From Botrimarina sp. (GTDB taxonomy: Bacteria > Planctomycetota > Planctomycetia > Pirellulales > Lacipirellulaceae): a DNA stretch of 64,000 nucleotides. Both the position numbers and the translations under genes were made by a program. Shown one piece after another: positions 47,901 through 57,079 of the stretch; position 1 is the first letter of the stretch; every line of letters starts with the position of its first letter. The notes beneath the pieces are model-generated. The model did no database searches. It was not told the origin of the DNA and saw only the letters and a program-made list of their open reading frames with translations. The stretch is from positions 261,668 through 325,667 of the forward strand of contig OZ253585.1 of assembly GCA_965263145.1 (NCBI GenBank), in the 5' to 3' direction.

Positions 47901-49016
47901 CACGAAATCCACTTGGGCTGACACCGTTGATCCATCGGGAAGCGAATATTCCAGTTGGACATCCTCAAAAGGATTCGCAGTCCAAGCCCCAACGCCGAGT
48001 GAAATCGATTGACCTGGGTTCAAAGTTGCCCCAGCCAAAGACTCGAAATCGATTTCACTTAGGTCACCAGTAGCCGTTGGACTAGAAAGTTCCGTCCAAT
48101 CGTCGCCGGAAATGGTTGGTGACCCTGATCCATTAACATCGTAAGTGTCGCTAATGGATGTCCAGTTGCTTGCATCAAGGCCCCCTGCCGCTGATGTAAA
48201 GCTATAACCCGTAAATGTGACAGCCCCTGCAACGGCGTCATTCGGGTTCGTAAGGGTGATTTCTCCTGTCAATCGATCTATAGTTGCAGTCAAAGATGAT
48301 GGGACTACCGTTCCAGCTACCAAGCTGACATCATCGATATTGTAGTCGTCCCAGTTGGATCGACTGGCGAACTGAATTCGGTCGGCCGTGCCACCAGAAA
48401 TCTGTCCATTGTTTTGAAAAAGAGAAACTACGCCACTGGTATTTGATGTGGTAGCAGAGCCTGGGTTTGGATTTGACCAGTTAACGGAATAACTGGCGTC
48501 ATTAATATCGCCCGTTCCGAAGCCGTCAAAGTCAATCTCGAAGTAGTAGATTGAGCTCTCATCGAATGCGCCTACGGTTGAAAGAGTATTCCAGCTGCCA
48601 CCTGAGAAGGCTTCTAGCGTAGCATTCATACCATCAAGTTGTGCCAAACGGAGGTTAATACCTGCCGTCCCTGCGTCAGTTCCAAACACAAGATTGAAAG
48701 CACGTTCAGTCGTGTCGAAGGTTGTCGTTTGCAACCACCATGACAGAACGCCATCACTAGCTCCTGAAGCGGTGTCTTGGAAGAAGTCGTCGCCTGCACC
48801 AGTTGTGCCTGTGCCTGAAAGAATGGCATGTTGGGTTGAGCCAGGGGCAAAACCAGTACCAGCAGTAGCATTGCCATCGGAATTGTCCCAACCAGTGGCA
48901 AATGGGTTTGTCTCAAAGTCACCGTTCACTACAGTTTGGCCCAGTGCGGTTGAGCAGCTTACAAAAGCCGCCAAAGCCGTACATGCGGCTAGATGAATAA
49001 TGAAATTACGTTGCAT
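44922..49016 (-). CDS. 1364-aa ORF made of three tandem secreted PEP-CTERM paralog modules fused in-frame
   Basis: Three PEP-CTERM termini inside one ORF: VPEPGSASLLILFALTGSLAGSRR (~aa 452-475), VPEPGSLGICLLGGIAMFVRRRTRR (~aa 928-952) and the final VPEPTSSFLMLCSLVAVGASRGARK. Each internal one is directly followed by a new signal-peptide-like segment (MRTFSRNAIVPAILFVVTFSFSAHKA; MFVRRRTRRVLPVVAAVAMVAATATPAQA). Each module also carries a DFNxDG dockerin-like repeat. Confidence 0.6.
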   Translation of the reverse strand: MQRNFIIHLAACTALAAFVSCSTALGQTVVNGDFETNPFATGWDNSDGNATAGTGFAPGSTQHAILSGTGTTGAGDDFFQDTASGASDGVLSWWLQTTTFDTTERAFNLVFGTDAGTAGINLRLAQLDGMNATLEAFSGGSWNTLSTVGAFDESSIYYFEIDFDGFGTGDINDASYSVNWSNPNPGSATTSNTSGVVSLFQNNGQISGGTADRIQFASRSNWDDYNIDDVSLVAGTVVPSSLTATIDRLTGEITLTNPNDAVAGAVTFTGYSFTSAAGGLDASNWTSISDTYDVNGSGSPTISGDDWTELSSPTATGDLSEIDFESLAGATLNPGQSISLGVGAWTANPFEDVQLEYSLPDGSTVSAQVDFVNGATIESGDFNSDGVIDALDWGILRSNLFGDFSSLPTAQSYFNGDISGNGIVNGFDYQQFRTAFETANGVGSFEALIAAVPEPGSASLLILFALTGSLAGSRRMRTFSRNAIVPAILFVVTFSFSAHKAEALVVGIDSVTLDVNNALTGVEINSTNYNGPFTIADIAQDNRGAGGLLGVATGDSVLTGTVVDPMDANQGFAFDNNVLTGVAGSTGNPEQNGGAMALYWGDNNTTGLTDNDADPDFFIFEDLGNDSVEVRAILGNGTVGESVALSTWNSVSSLGDLYGSDATPLGGGGNRTVTGVAFDFTDLLDETGAALTNGTAIRGILVGDEGSADLYEIYANIDSASVAPIPTLPLTLQVDPVDGDIRIANTDVAGSIDFAFYQVDSALGELDTVGWNSLEDQNLAAFPAGDGTGNGWEEGGLSDSDTLGEAFLLGNSSLAFGESVYLGEAVIDNVTQSENISFSYRTPEGNLVEGLVEFVNVEPPVGLAGDFNNDGSVDAADYTVWRDNLGQSDSVLNGNGDGDGTVDAGDYTLWSGNYGASSSSSSSAASAVPEPGSLGICLLGGIAMFVRRRTRRVLPVVAAVAMVAATATPAQAIIFDRDLQLGEEESGSVGATVTQSFDSSRYYVDFDGAVTNPLGAVAGNPVYADVSARPGAGADSSTIGITFDGNGDYLHQRRFGNPENSAGSISPINNQPDGFSKNYTGLRNRGMQLWINPNSSASGTRQSVMHDTNQFGILISEDNTWILQSNDVEYDTEIAVNFDAWSHVSVVRERGVGTVMHLNGIGIGRTSSTYKTGDDPQVPQDTADLVLGANTAGDETTFSGGTQDFFTGTLDQVEVFTWGVSEEGPGAEPIEDHGDYNFVRDNGFARSAGLFTGVAGDINSDGFLNQSDVDDFVAGWLNESSLGFLDGTTGGSLVGDISTFPMGDLDLDGDTDFDDALLMQSALINASVSTSGLAAVFAPVPEPTSSFLMLCSLVAVGASRGARK

Positions 49017-49461
49017 AAGATCCTAAGGCTCCGTGTTCATAAGGTGCATTCAGCCCCTGAAAAGTCAAAATCCGGTAGGTTGTTTTCTCTAAATGGTCAT
49101 GAGATAAGGAGTTAGCCATTTTGTGCAGTCAGCACATGTAGGGGTATGTACTACCCCCCAACGATCTATAAGCAGAATTCTTACAAGTATCTGAGGGAAG
49201 AATTTCAAGAAAGAGCATTGTTCAGGCAGGTCGACCGCATGCAAGGCTAATCGTGACAGCCGTATGCTTAGGCTTATTGTTTAGATTTTCTGGGGCCGGA
49301 GATGTTGAGAATCAAGCTTTGAGATGATCCTGGAGGCTAGATAGGCTAGTAGGTTACATAAAATAGCTATGACAAACTTCTCTTAGCTGTACATGGTAGA
49401 TTGATCTAAGGATTGCCTTGCCAAAAAGCTTTGTTTCTCACTGCAAGCATTTATTTGAGAG

Positions 49462-50349
49462 TTGATGACCACCATTCATAAACCCCATCTCGGATCTATG
49501 CTTTGTCTGCAGATAGCTCTCCTCATGAGCTGCGCTACGTTGTTAGCTGAGGGGAAATACTCGGAGTTAGCCCCAGGCATCTCCATTCTTAGCACTACTC
49601 GATCAGAACCACGACCTTTGAATATCTACGTTGCCAAGATTAACCTGGCGACCAAAGGACTGAGATTTAAAGTGACTCCAGGGAATGGAGATCCCAATGG
49701 CGATGAACCAGGAGATCCGAATCACGAAACTACTCGGCAAACTACTTTACAGTATCTGAAAGAGAAAAACGCTTTGCTTGCTGTGAACGCCTCTTTCTTT
49801 GGAACCAAAGAAGCAAATGCAGACAATGTGGGCCTCGTCGTCTCGCAGGGAGAGAGGATTTCTCCTTTTTACCAAGAGTGGCCTGCATTCAATTTAGATT
49901 CCAAGAACAACGTCAGCTTGATTCGTGGTAAGCATGATACGTTTGAGACTCTTAAACCCAATCAACATGTCGAATTGCACAATGCCATCTCTGGCAGCGA
50001 TCAGATTGTGACTGATGCAAAGGTAACCATCCAGAAGAGGGAATTCAGCACATCACTCCATCCGAGGACTGCGATCGGGTTTACGCGCGAACGGTGGCTA
50101 ATCATCGTGATTGTTGATGGCAGACAACCCTGCATTTCAGAGGGCATGAATCTAGCCGAACTTGCGAAGCTAATGCTTGAACTCGGTTGTATCCAAGCGA
50201 TCAACCTTGATGGGGGGGGATCTTCAACCATGGCGATAGCAAATCCCCAACCTCATGTTGTGAATGTTCCAAGTAGCAAAAATAGCAAGGGTGAGTACGG
50301 AGAGCTAAGAAAGAACGGTACGAATCTTGCCGTTTTCGTTGCTGAGTGA
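49462..50349 (+). CDS. Phosphodiester glycosidase family protein (DUF2233/NAGPA-like)
   Basis: Signal peptide. C-terminal IGFTRERWLIIVIVDGRQP...NLAELAKLMLELGCIQAINLDGGGSSTMAI matches the NAGPA-like domain. Confidence 0.55.
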   Translation: MMTTIHKPHLGSMLCLQIALLMSCATLLAEGKYSELAPGISILSTTRSEPRPLNIYVAKINLATKGLRFKVTPGNGDPNGDEPGDPNHETTRQTTLQYLKEKNALLAVNASFFGTKEANADNVGLVVSQGERISPFYQEWPAFNLDSKNNVSLIRGKHDTFETLKPNQHVELHNAISGSDQIVTDAKVTIQKREFSTSLHPRTAIGFTRERWLIIVIVDGRQPCISEGMNLAELAKLMLELGCIQAINLDGGGSSTMAIANPQPHVVNVPSSKNSKGEYGELRKNGTNLAVFVAE

Positions 50350-50472
50350 GGGCTAGTTCAATTGGTCATATAGGGCTAAGGCAACCAGCTACTCAATCAA
50401 AATATTGAATCTGCTAATGAAGCAGTGTGTGTGTCGCCACCCTCTGCGAATTGCTGGCAACTAAAACAAAAA

Positions 50473-50507
50473 CGGCTGCTGTACTACATTGTACAGCAGC
50501 CGTTAGG
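50473..50507 (-). terminator. Rho-independent terminator for the minus-strand gene ending at 50604
   Basis: Perfect 14-bp inverted repeat AACGGCTGCTGTAC-tacatt-GTACAGCAGCCGTT. Read on the minus strand it is followed by TTTTGTTTTAG. Confidence 0.5.
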
Positions 50508-50603
50508 ATTTCATGAGAGTCAATAAAGCTAAGCAGATTACACCTGCCTTTGACCTTCTACCAACTTCAAGCCAAACGTAAGGCCTGCAAATGCTTGCAT
50601 CGG

Positions 50604-51965
50604 CTAATTGCGTCGCGCACTTCGCTTGATGCCTAGCAACGAAACTAACATGCAGGAAATAAGTCCAGAGGTGCTGGGCTCTGGTACTGCCGTTGCTGAT
50701 GCCGTTGCTGATGAGGTGCCGTAGTTAGAAACCCAGAAGTTGTAGTCCTCTTGGTCAACCACACCTGGCGTGCTGGCTGCGGGGTTCTCATTTGGTAGTG
50801 TTACATTCTGATTTAGATTGTCTCGCCATACCGTATAGTCGGCTGCGTCAACTTCTCCATCATTGTTGTAGTCACCTGGTACGCCAGCAGTTGTCACGAC
50901 TTCGATAAGTGCTTCGCGGATTTCCCCATCAGGACGGCGGTACTCAAACGTGAGTGAGTCCGTATCACCACCCGGTTTGAAGGCTGTCCCCAGATCGACG
51001 GTTCTGTTTTGTCCAAAGATAGAGGTGCTAAGCAAGAAAGCCTCCGAGAGGACATCATCACTTGAACCTCCAGCTTCGTCCCACGTCTCACCAATACCGT
51101 TTCCGACAGTTGAGTCAGGATCGAGGCCATCAATAGCATCGATTTCTTGATCACTAAGACTATTCCAACCAGCAAAATTGAGATCGCTAGTTGAGCTTGA
51201 AAGGCGGTACCAATCAAATTCAAAATCGGTGCCCGATTCGTTGAATAACTCAACCTGACCAGTAACGGAATTGACTTGCAACTTCAGAGCATCGAAGTCC
51301 GAGTAACGGACGTCGTCGAACGAGTTGAATGCAGAGAAACCAGCACCGACGTTGGGGTCGCCTGTAAAGGAAAACGAAGTGATTTCTGCCCCGGGATCGG
51401 TATCGAGGACTCCAAAGAACCCTGTGAAGTTGTTTGAGGAATCAAATGCTGTGACAATTTCCCCGTTAGTCCCTTCAAAGCTGAGGAAAGTTCCGTCGTC
51501 ATCGTTGTCGTAGTTTTTGTACTCAAATGCAAAGGCCTCGACCCCGGGCGGTAGGGAAACGGTCACTGTCTCTTGAGAGTTTGCACCGGTTCCTTTGTCG
51601 AGGAATCGTAGACTGACGACGGCATTTCCATTGATGACGGCGCCTGAGCTGACATAGCCGGAGCCATCGCCAACATCATCAACGTCGATAATCGCGTTGT
51701 CACTGAAGTTTGCGTTGGCGGAAAGTCCCAGAATGCCGTTTGGGCTACGTGTTGAGTTTGAAGCCGTGCCAAAAAAATCGTCACTCACCTGTCCTTCAAA
51801 GTCTTCTAGATGCGTAATCCCTCCCACTGCGGCTTGCCATGATGCCAAATCAGTAAAGGTTTGAATCTCGGCAGTAGCGACGCTTGAGACGCAAATTGCG
51901 GCGACAAAAGTAAACAGGCCTATCTGGCGTTTACTGGTAATAGCTCTCAGGGTGTTGGTAAACAT
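50604..51965 (-). CDS. Secreted PEP-CTERM protein with dockerin-like repeat (453 aa)
   Basis: Signal peptide. GDYNNDGEVDAADYTVWRDNL. Terminal AVPEPSTSGLISCMLVSLLGIKRSARRN. Confidence 0.6.
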   Translation of the reverse strand: MFTNTLRAITSKRQIGLFTFVAAICVSSVATAEIQTFTDLASWQAAVGGITHLEDFEGQVSDDFFGTASNSTRSPNGILGLSANANFSDNAIIDVDDVGDGSGYVSSGAVINGNAVVSLRFLDKGTGANSQETVTVSLPPGVEAFAFEYKNYDNDDDGTFLSFEGTNGEIVTAFDSSNNFTGFFGVLDTDPGAEITSFSFTGDPNVGAGFSAFNSFDDVRYSDFDALKLQVNSVTGQVELFNESGTDFEFDWYRLSSSTSDLNFAGWNSLSDQEIDAIDGLDPDSTVGNGIGETWDEAGGSSDDVLSEAFLLSTSIFGQNRTVDLGTAFKPGGDTDSLTFEYRRPDGEIREALIEVVTTAGVPGDYNNDGEVDAADYTVWRDNLNQNVTLPNENPAASTPGVVDQEDYNFWVSNYGTSSATASATAVPEPSTSGLISCMLVSLLGIKRSARRN

Positions 51966-52041
51966 GAGTATATCCTTGCTTCAGATTGTGTTTGTCGGTG
52001 CACTTTTATATTGATAGGTTGAGTCGGTTTTGTCGTTAGAT

Positions 52042-53526
52042 TCAAGAACCTTTACGTCGGACTGAAAGCATGCTCCCAAAGAATACCGAGACCAGCATTA
52101 AGCTGGTTGGCTCTGGCACCGAAGTAGCCAGCATGACAGCAAACGATCCAGTGCCATTGGCTTCTTCGAAGAGTTCTTTAAAGAGGCTAAAATCGGCAAC
52201 GCTCGTGATGCCTCCGTAATTGAGGTCCCCAGCTTGATATGCTTCTGCGAGGGAAAGTGCTGATAGATCAGCTTCTAGACCGCTAACCAGAGCGTTCCAG
52301 TCATCGACGGTGATTGAGCCATCGAAATTTAAGTCGCCTACTTCAAATGGGTTTCCACTATTGCCGACAAATTCGACAGTGGCACTGCGCACTACATTAC
52401 CAGCAAAAAGCAACTGTGCTTGCAGGTCTTCTCGTGGATTCTTAATCCAGCTTCCGCCGGGGCCACTCAAGATGACTTCCTGGCCAATGCCAAGGACCCC
52501 ACCGTCGCCCGAGTCGAATGATTCACTTACTTCAGTTGTCGTTGATGTAACAATGCTCCAATCATCATCCACATCAACGGATCCATCACCGGGGCCTGAG
52601 GCATTGTCATAGTTATCCGTGATTGGCATCCAGCCACCAGTGTCGAATGCGCCGACTGCAGAAGTTAACGAGTAAGACTCCAAGCCGGAAAGAACTTGTC
52701 CCGTTGTGTTGATCAGTTTCATAACGCCAGTGTCGCGATTCACTTCGAGCGTCATTAAGTCAGTCAATGGATTAACGTCGGTCAAAGCAATTCGGTCGAT
52801 GGTGAAGTTCTCATCAAGATCAGTACCAAAGTTGTTGTTGGCCACAAATCGGATCGAATTACCATTACGCGATGGAGCTACGCTACCCGAGCCGAGTGAC
52901 TGGGAAGGCCCTGAACCATCCTTGTAAAAGATTTCATATCTTTCATTGGCCTTATCAAGCTCTAGTACCATGGTGAATGGATTGGTCTGAACCGTGGAGA
53001 GTTGAGCGGTCGAAGAGAGGTTTGACGCTCCACTTCCCAGGGCACTTCCTTCAAGTTGTATGTTCCCCGTGGTAACATCACGTGTTATCTGTACCTGGGC
53101 AGTAATTGCTGATCCATCGGTGCCGGTATCGTCATCAAGAAACGCGAAGCGAATTTGTTCTGGATCAATCGACTCGCCAATAAGATCCGGTCCACGGAAA
53201 TCCCATCCTGCGACATCGACAATAATATACCGGCTTCCTGAAGTCGAAGAATCAATGTTGTCAATTTGCAGATAGCTTGGGGCAAAGACATCACTGAATT
53301 TAGAAACACGGTAACCGCCATCAAACACGAACGAATCGGTTAGTAGGTTGGTGTTGGTGGACCAATTATTTGCAGGATTTATTGAGTTGGCCGTGTTTCC
53401 AAGCTCCGTAAAGTTTGAATCGTTAAATTCAAATGCTTCAAAATCGATTCCCTTTGCGATCGTTGCGGATAAGCATATCGCAACCATAGCTAGATAGAGG
53501 AATTTACTTTCATTGCTACTGTTCAT
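52042..53526 (-). CDS. Secreted PEP-CTERM protein (494 aa)
   Basis: Signal peptide. VGDLNFDGSITVDDWNAL. Terminal SVPEPTSLMLVSVFFGSMLSVRRKGS. Same architecture as its neighbours. Confidence 0.6.
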   Translation of the reverse strand: MNSSNESKFLYLAMVAICLSATIAKGIDFEAFEFNDSNFTELGNTANSINPANNWSTNTNLLTDSFVFDGGYRVSKFSDVFAPSYLQIDNIDSSTSGSRYIIVDVAGWDFRGPDLIGESIDPEQIRFAFLDDDTGTDGSAITAQVQITRDVTTGNIQLEGSALGSGASNLSSTAQLSTVQTNPFTMVLELDKANERYEIFYKDGSGPSQSLGSGSVAPSRNGNSIRFVANNNFGTDLDENFTIDRIALTDVNPLTDLMTLEVNRDTGVMKLINTTGQVLSGLESYSLTSAVGAFDTGGWMPITDNYDNASGPGDGSVDVDDDWSIVTSTTTEVSESFDSGDGGVLGIGQEVILSGPGGSWIKNPREDLQAQLLFAGNVVRSATVEFVGNSGNPFEVGDLNFDGSITVDDWNALVSGLEADLSALSLAEAYQAGDLNYGGITSVADFSLFKELFEEANGTGSFAVMLATSVPEPTSLMLVSVFFGSMLSVRRKGS

Positions 53527-55012
53527 TGGATTCCCTATTCAAAGTGTGCAGTAAGCGTTTAGTTCTTAGTGAGAATATTGGTGTAAATAAAGCAGCAGCG
53601 ATAAGCATGCTGGTCGAGGGTTCTGGTACAGCGAATAGTGCCGCAAAAGCTGTTGTTCCATTTTCCGCTATGAATGAATCCTTAAACAATCCAAAGTCTT
53701 TGCCGCTATTAAATCCATCGCCATCAAGGTCTCCCAGGTAATAGGCGTCTTCGCTACTAAGCCCACTGAGGTCGGTTTCAGCGTTGGCAATGAACAATTC
53801 CCAATCGAGCAAGTCTAAAAATCCGTCGGTATTGAGGTCACCAAGTAGAGGAATCGAAATTTCCATTTGGTAGAAGCCAACGCTTCCGTAGTCGGAGTAC
53901 CGACCAGGATTGTCGACCCCGTCCACATAGAAAGTGTAGGAGCCTGATTCGAGGAAGATATCAAAGTCAATATTTGGTGTGACCGAAGGATCAAACTCAG
54001 CAACAACGGCACCCGAGTCGTTATAGAGGACGACCCCCACATCAAGATTAGGATCCTGAGCAAAGCCACTCACTTCGATTCCAACTTCACCTCGTCCTGT
54101 TGTAAATCGAAAGTAGTCTCGGTCGTTGCGATCTTCAATAATGCCCCATTCCTCCATCACTCTTCCGTTGGGGGTGAGATCGTGAGGGGTGCTTAGATCG
54201 TTTAGATAGTCGTCTGATCGGAAACCGAATCCTCGGCTGGTAATAAAAGAGTAATCGTCAGCGAAGTTAGTGGCTCCGGCATAGTCGCCATTGCTCCACT
54301 GAGAGATTGTCGCATCGAAGGGAGCCCCCATGATTGGCCCCCAGCTTGTGCGACCAAAGCCTCCAGTGCCTGGGTGATATTCAAGGCTATTTAGACCATC
54401 GTGAGTAAGGCCAAAAGAATGCCCCGCTTCGTGCGTTGCCGTTTGTCCCCCTTTGCGAGCTCCCTTGTTGAAGACAAAGACCGGGTTGTCGACCGGATCA
54501 TCGAAGCCGGTAGGGCCGGCGTTGCCACCGATCCCGTCCCCAAAGCCAGCGGTCGCTTGGGTCATTACTACACGAACTCCCCAGTGAACATCAAAATCGC
54601 CTCGCCGACGCAGAGCTGCAACCCCTGGGTTTCTCGTGGTCACGTTGACGTTGAAAGGGATGTAGTCTTCAGCAACATTTTGGAAGATCTTCTGGATCTC
54701 AATCCTTTCAGTTTCGCTGAAGATGCTGGGATCTCCATCCAAATCGTAATTTGGAAAAACGATGTTGTGACCCCAGGAATTGTTCACACTGTGGTGACCT
54801 GTGAAATCAAGGAAGATCGTTTTAGTAGCAGAAGGGTTGCTGGAAAGATTGAAGGTTTGGTCCAAAGGATAGGGAGCCGTGGTATTCGGATCACCAAACG
54901 TAAATGTCCCATCGATATATGCCGGGTATATTGCTGCGTTTGCGTGGGTTGCTGTGATCGCAACCACCACAATCAACGCAATGCGGAAGCAATATGACGG
55001 ATTGGCAAACAA
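53516..55012 (-). CDS. Secreted zinc metalloprotease (reprolysin/M12B-like HExxHxxGxxHD) with dockerin-like repeat and PEP-CTERM anchor
   Basis: HEAGHSFGLTHDG zinc-binding motif. Signal peptide. C-terminal GDLNTDGFLDLLDWELF and AVPEPSTSMLIAAALFTPIFSLRTKR. Confidence 0.65.
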   Translation of the reverse strand: MFANPSYCFRIALIVVVAITATHANAAIYPAYIDGTFTFGDPNTTAPYPLDQTFNLSSNPSATKTIFLDFTGHHSVNNSWGHNIVFPNYDLDGDPSIFSETERIEIQKIFQNVAEDYIPFNVNVTTRNPGVAALRRRGDFDVHWGVRVVMTQATAGFGDGIGGNAGPTGFDDPVDNPVFVFNKGARKGGQTATHEAGHSFGLTHDGLNSLEYHPGTGGFGRTSWGPIMGAPFDATISQWSNGDYAGATNFADDYSFITSRGFGFRSDDYLNDLSTPHDLTPNGRVMEEWGIIEDRNDRDYFRFTTGRGEVGIEVSGFAQDPNLDVGVVLYNDSGAVVAEFDPSVTPNIDFDIFLESGSYTFYVDGVDNPGRYSDYGSVGFYQMEISIPLLGDLNTDGFLDLLDWELFIANAETDLSGLSSEDAYYLGDLDGDGFNSGKDFGLFKDSFIAENGTTAFAALFAVPEPSTSMLIAAALFTPIFSLRTKRLLHTLNRESNEQ

Positions 55013-55407
55013 ATTGATGTACTCCTATTCTCTTGTCCCAGATTCCCGTGTCCTTGTCTGTGCATGGGCAACTTGTGACCAGTAGGGTCAACGCAGCACC
55101 CAGTCCTCTTTCAATTCCTTAGTCTGATCAGTTTGACCCCTTAGGGGGCAACTCTTGTCTACACACAGGAAATCAAGCAAAAAACGAACTCTGATCAGGT
55201 TATAAGTTCCTGCTTGATTGAACTCTTCCGATAATAACCAGATCACATGGTATTGACAAACCATATTTCTGTGGGCATACTGTAATCCATCATTTGGCGG
55301 GTGATTTGAATACAGTCTTAGAATTGCTAAGTATCACCTTAGATGGTCTTTTCTACGAACTGTATGCGTTGTGCTGATAAACGCTCATTTCAATAAGGGA
55401 TACCGAT

Positions 55408-56565
55408 ATGCCTCATTACTTCTATCTAATTGGCAAAAATGCTAAGCCATGCGTGGGAAGTTCTCCCCGCCGAGTTGGTTTATTCAATCGATTGGGCTTT
55501 ACGCTTGTTGAGTTGCTTGTCGTCATTGCGATCATCGGAATCCTTGTTGCCATGTTGCTTCCCGCGGTCCAGTCGGCTCGCGAAGCGGCACGTCGTGCAC
55601 AGTGCACCAACAACCTGCATAACATCGGATTAGCAATTCATAACTATGCTAGCGCGAATAACACACTTCCGCCTGGTGAAGTTCGTGAAGGTGACTGGGA
55701 CAAGAATCAAGAAGTCCACTCTCTCTTCAGCTGGGTAACCATCATCCTGCCTTATGTCGAAGAAGCAAATGCTCATGGTGAGACCAATTGGTTGGTTCGC
55801 TTTGAAGATAGGTTTGCCAATGGTGATACGGCCCATCATAGAACCTTTGACTTCATGACCTGCCCGAGCGAGCCTAACCCACCTGAAGTGATTGGTATTG
55901 TTAATGATTTCTATGGAGCACGCGGCAACTACGTCGCTAATGCTGGTCTTGGTTACTACTGGGCTGATGATGCTACCCCTAAACAAGCAGTAGAAGGCTA
56001 CCAGGACTCCCCACCTTCAAACCAATTTGCTTATCGTCCCGCCGAAAACGGTGTCCACATGACCGCACTCGGTACCTTTATCGTTACCAACTCTTTACGT
56101 GCGACAGGTACAGCTGTTGGTAATGCTGGCGTGAGTGGACCATTCAAAGGACGACGGTTTGCAGAAATTTCCGATGGCACCTCAAAAACAGCTGCCATAT
56201 CTGAATTGAGGCTAGTAGCAGGTCGAGACACTCGAGGTGCAATGCACTTTGGTCCCGCCGCCCTTTACATGCATGACTGGGGACCAAACACGCCAATTGG
56301 TAGTCGTAATCCCGCCAGCCCAGTATTGCAGCTTGAAGACTGGACTAGATATTGTGATCGAACGAATGCCATGGAGATTTCGCCCTGCCGACCATCAAAT
56401 GCTGGCTGGAAAGGTTTTTGGCAACAGCTTGCCAGAAGTTATCACCCTTCCGGCGTGAATGTTGTCATGGTTGATGCTTCAACACGCTTTGTTTCTGATA
56501 ACATCGAGTTAGACGCCTGGCGTGCCATGAGTACCCCTGACGGCGAAGAGATTTACTCTCTCTGA
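55408..56565 (+). CDS. DUF1559 / prepilin-type N-terminal domain protein
   Basis: [51 protein letters not shown]. The true start is likely downstream of the listed one. Confidence 0.8.
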   Translation: MPHYFYLIGKNAKPCVGSSPRRVGLFNRLGFTLVELLVVIAIIGILVAMLLPAVQSAREAARRAQCTNNLHNIGLAIHNYASANNTLPPGEVREGDWDKNQEVHSLFSWVTIILPYVEEANAHGETNWLVRFEDRFANGDTAHHRTFDFMTCPSEPNPPEVIGIVNDFYGARGNYVANAGLGYYWADDATPKQAVEGYQDSPPSNQFAYRPAENGVHMTALGTFIVTNSLRATGTAVGNAGVSGPFKGRRFAEISDGTSKTAAISELRLVAGRDTRGAMHFGPAALYMHDWGPNTPIGSRNPASPVLQLEDWTRYCDRTNAMEISPCRPSNAGWKGFWQQLARSYHPSGVNVVMVDASTRFVSDNIELDAWRAMSTPDGEEIYSL

Positions 56566-56587
56566 TTAATACCGCCTCATCCAGGAT

Positions 56588-57049
56588 ATGAAACTTAGCC
56601 ACGGTAATTTTTACTCAGGTTGTTGCATGCTTAGAACCGTTTTCATGTTAGTTGCCGTTGCGATGTGCGGATGTGGGACAGAAGAGGTAGGTGTTTTTCT
56701 AAGTGGTGCTGTCACCTACGGTGGCGATCCGGTCGAGATGGGAGAAATCGGTTTTATTCCTGTTGATGTTCATGGGGGCAAAGGGGCACGGGGTACGGTT
56801 GTCGCGGGCAAATATTCCATTGCACCCAGTGAAGGTTTGGTTGCTGGGGAGTACTTCGTGACTATTTATGCTGAAAAAAGAACAGGGAAGCTCATTTCAG
56901 CTGATGAAGCTGGCAATGAAAAAGTAGAAGAAGTGGTTCAATACTTGCCAGCCATCTACAACGACCAAACCACTTTAAAGGAAACCATCGATGGGGATCG
57001 TGGCGATCTTGATTTCAATCTCAAAAAGGGAAACAGACGCCAACGATAA
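56588..57049 (+). CDS. Small membrane-anchored or lipoprotein-like hypothetical protein (153 aa)
   Basis: N-terminal hydrophobic segment with Cys (VFMLVAVAMCGCG). It immediately follows a DUF1559 gene, a gene pair common in planctomycete genomes. Confidence 0.4.
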   Translation: MKLSHGNFYSGCCMLRTVFMLVAVAMCGCGTEEVGVFLSGAVTYGGDPVEMGEIGFIPVDVHGGKGARGTVVAGKYSIAPSEGLVAGEYFVTIYAEKRTGKLISADEAGNEKVEEVVQYLPAIYNDQTTLKETIDGDRGDLDFNLKKGNRRQR

Positions 57050-57079
57050 TTGATTTTGACGTTTCCCCTTCAATTGCAG

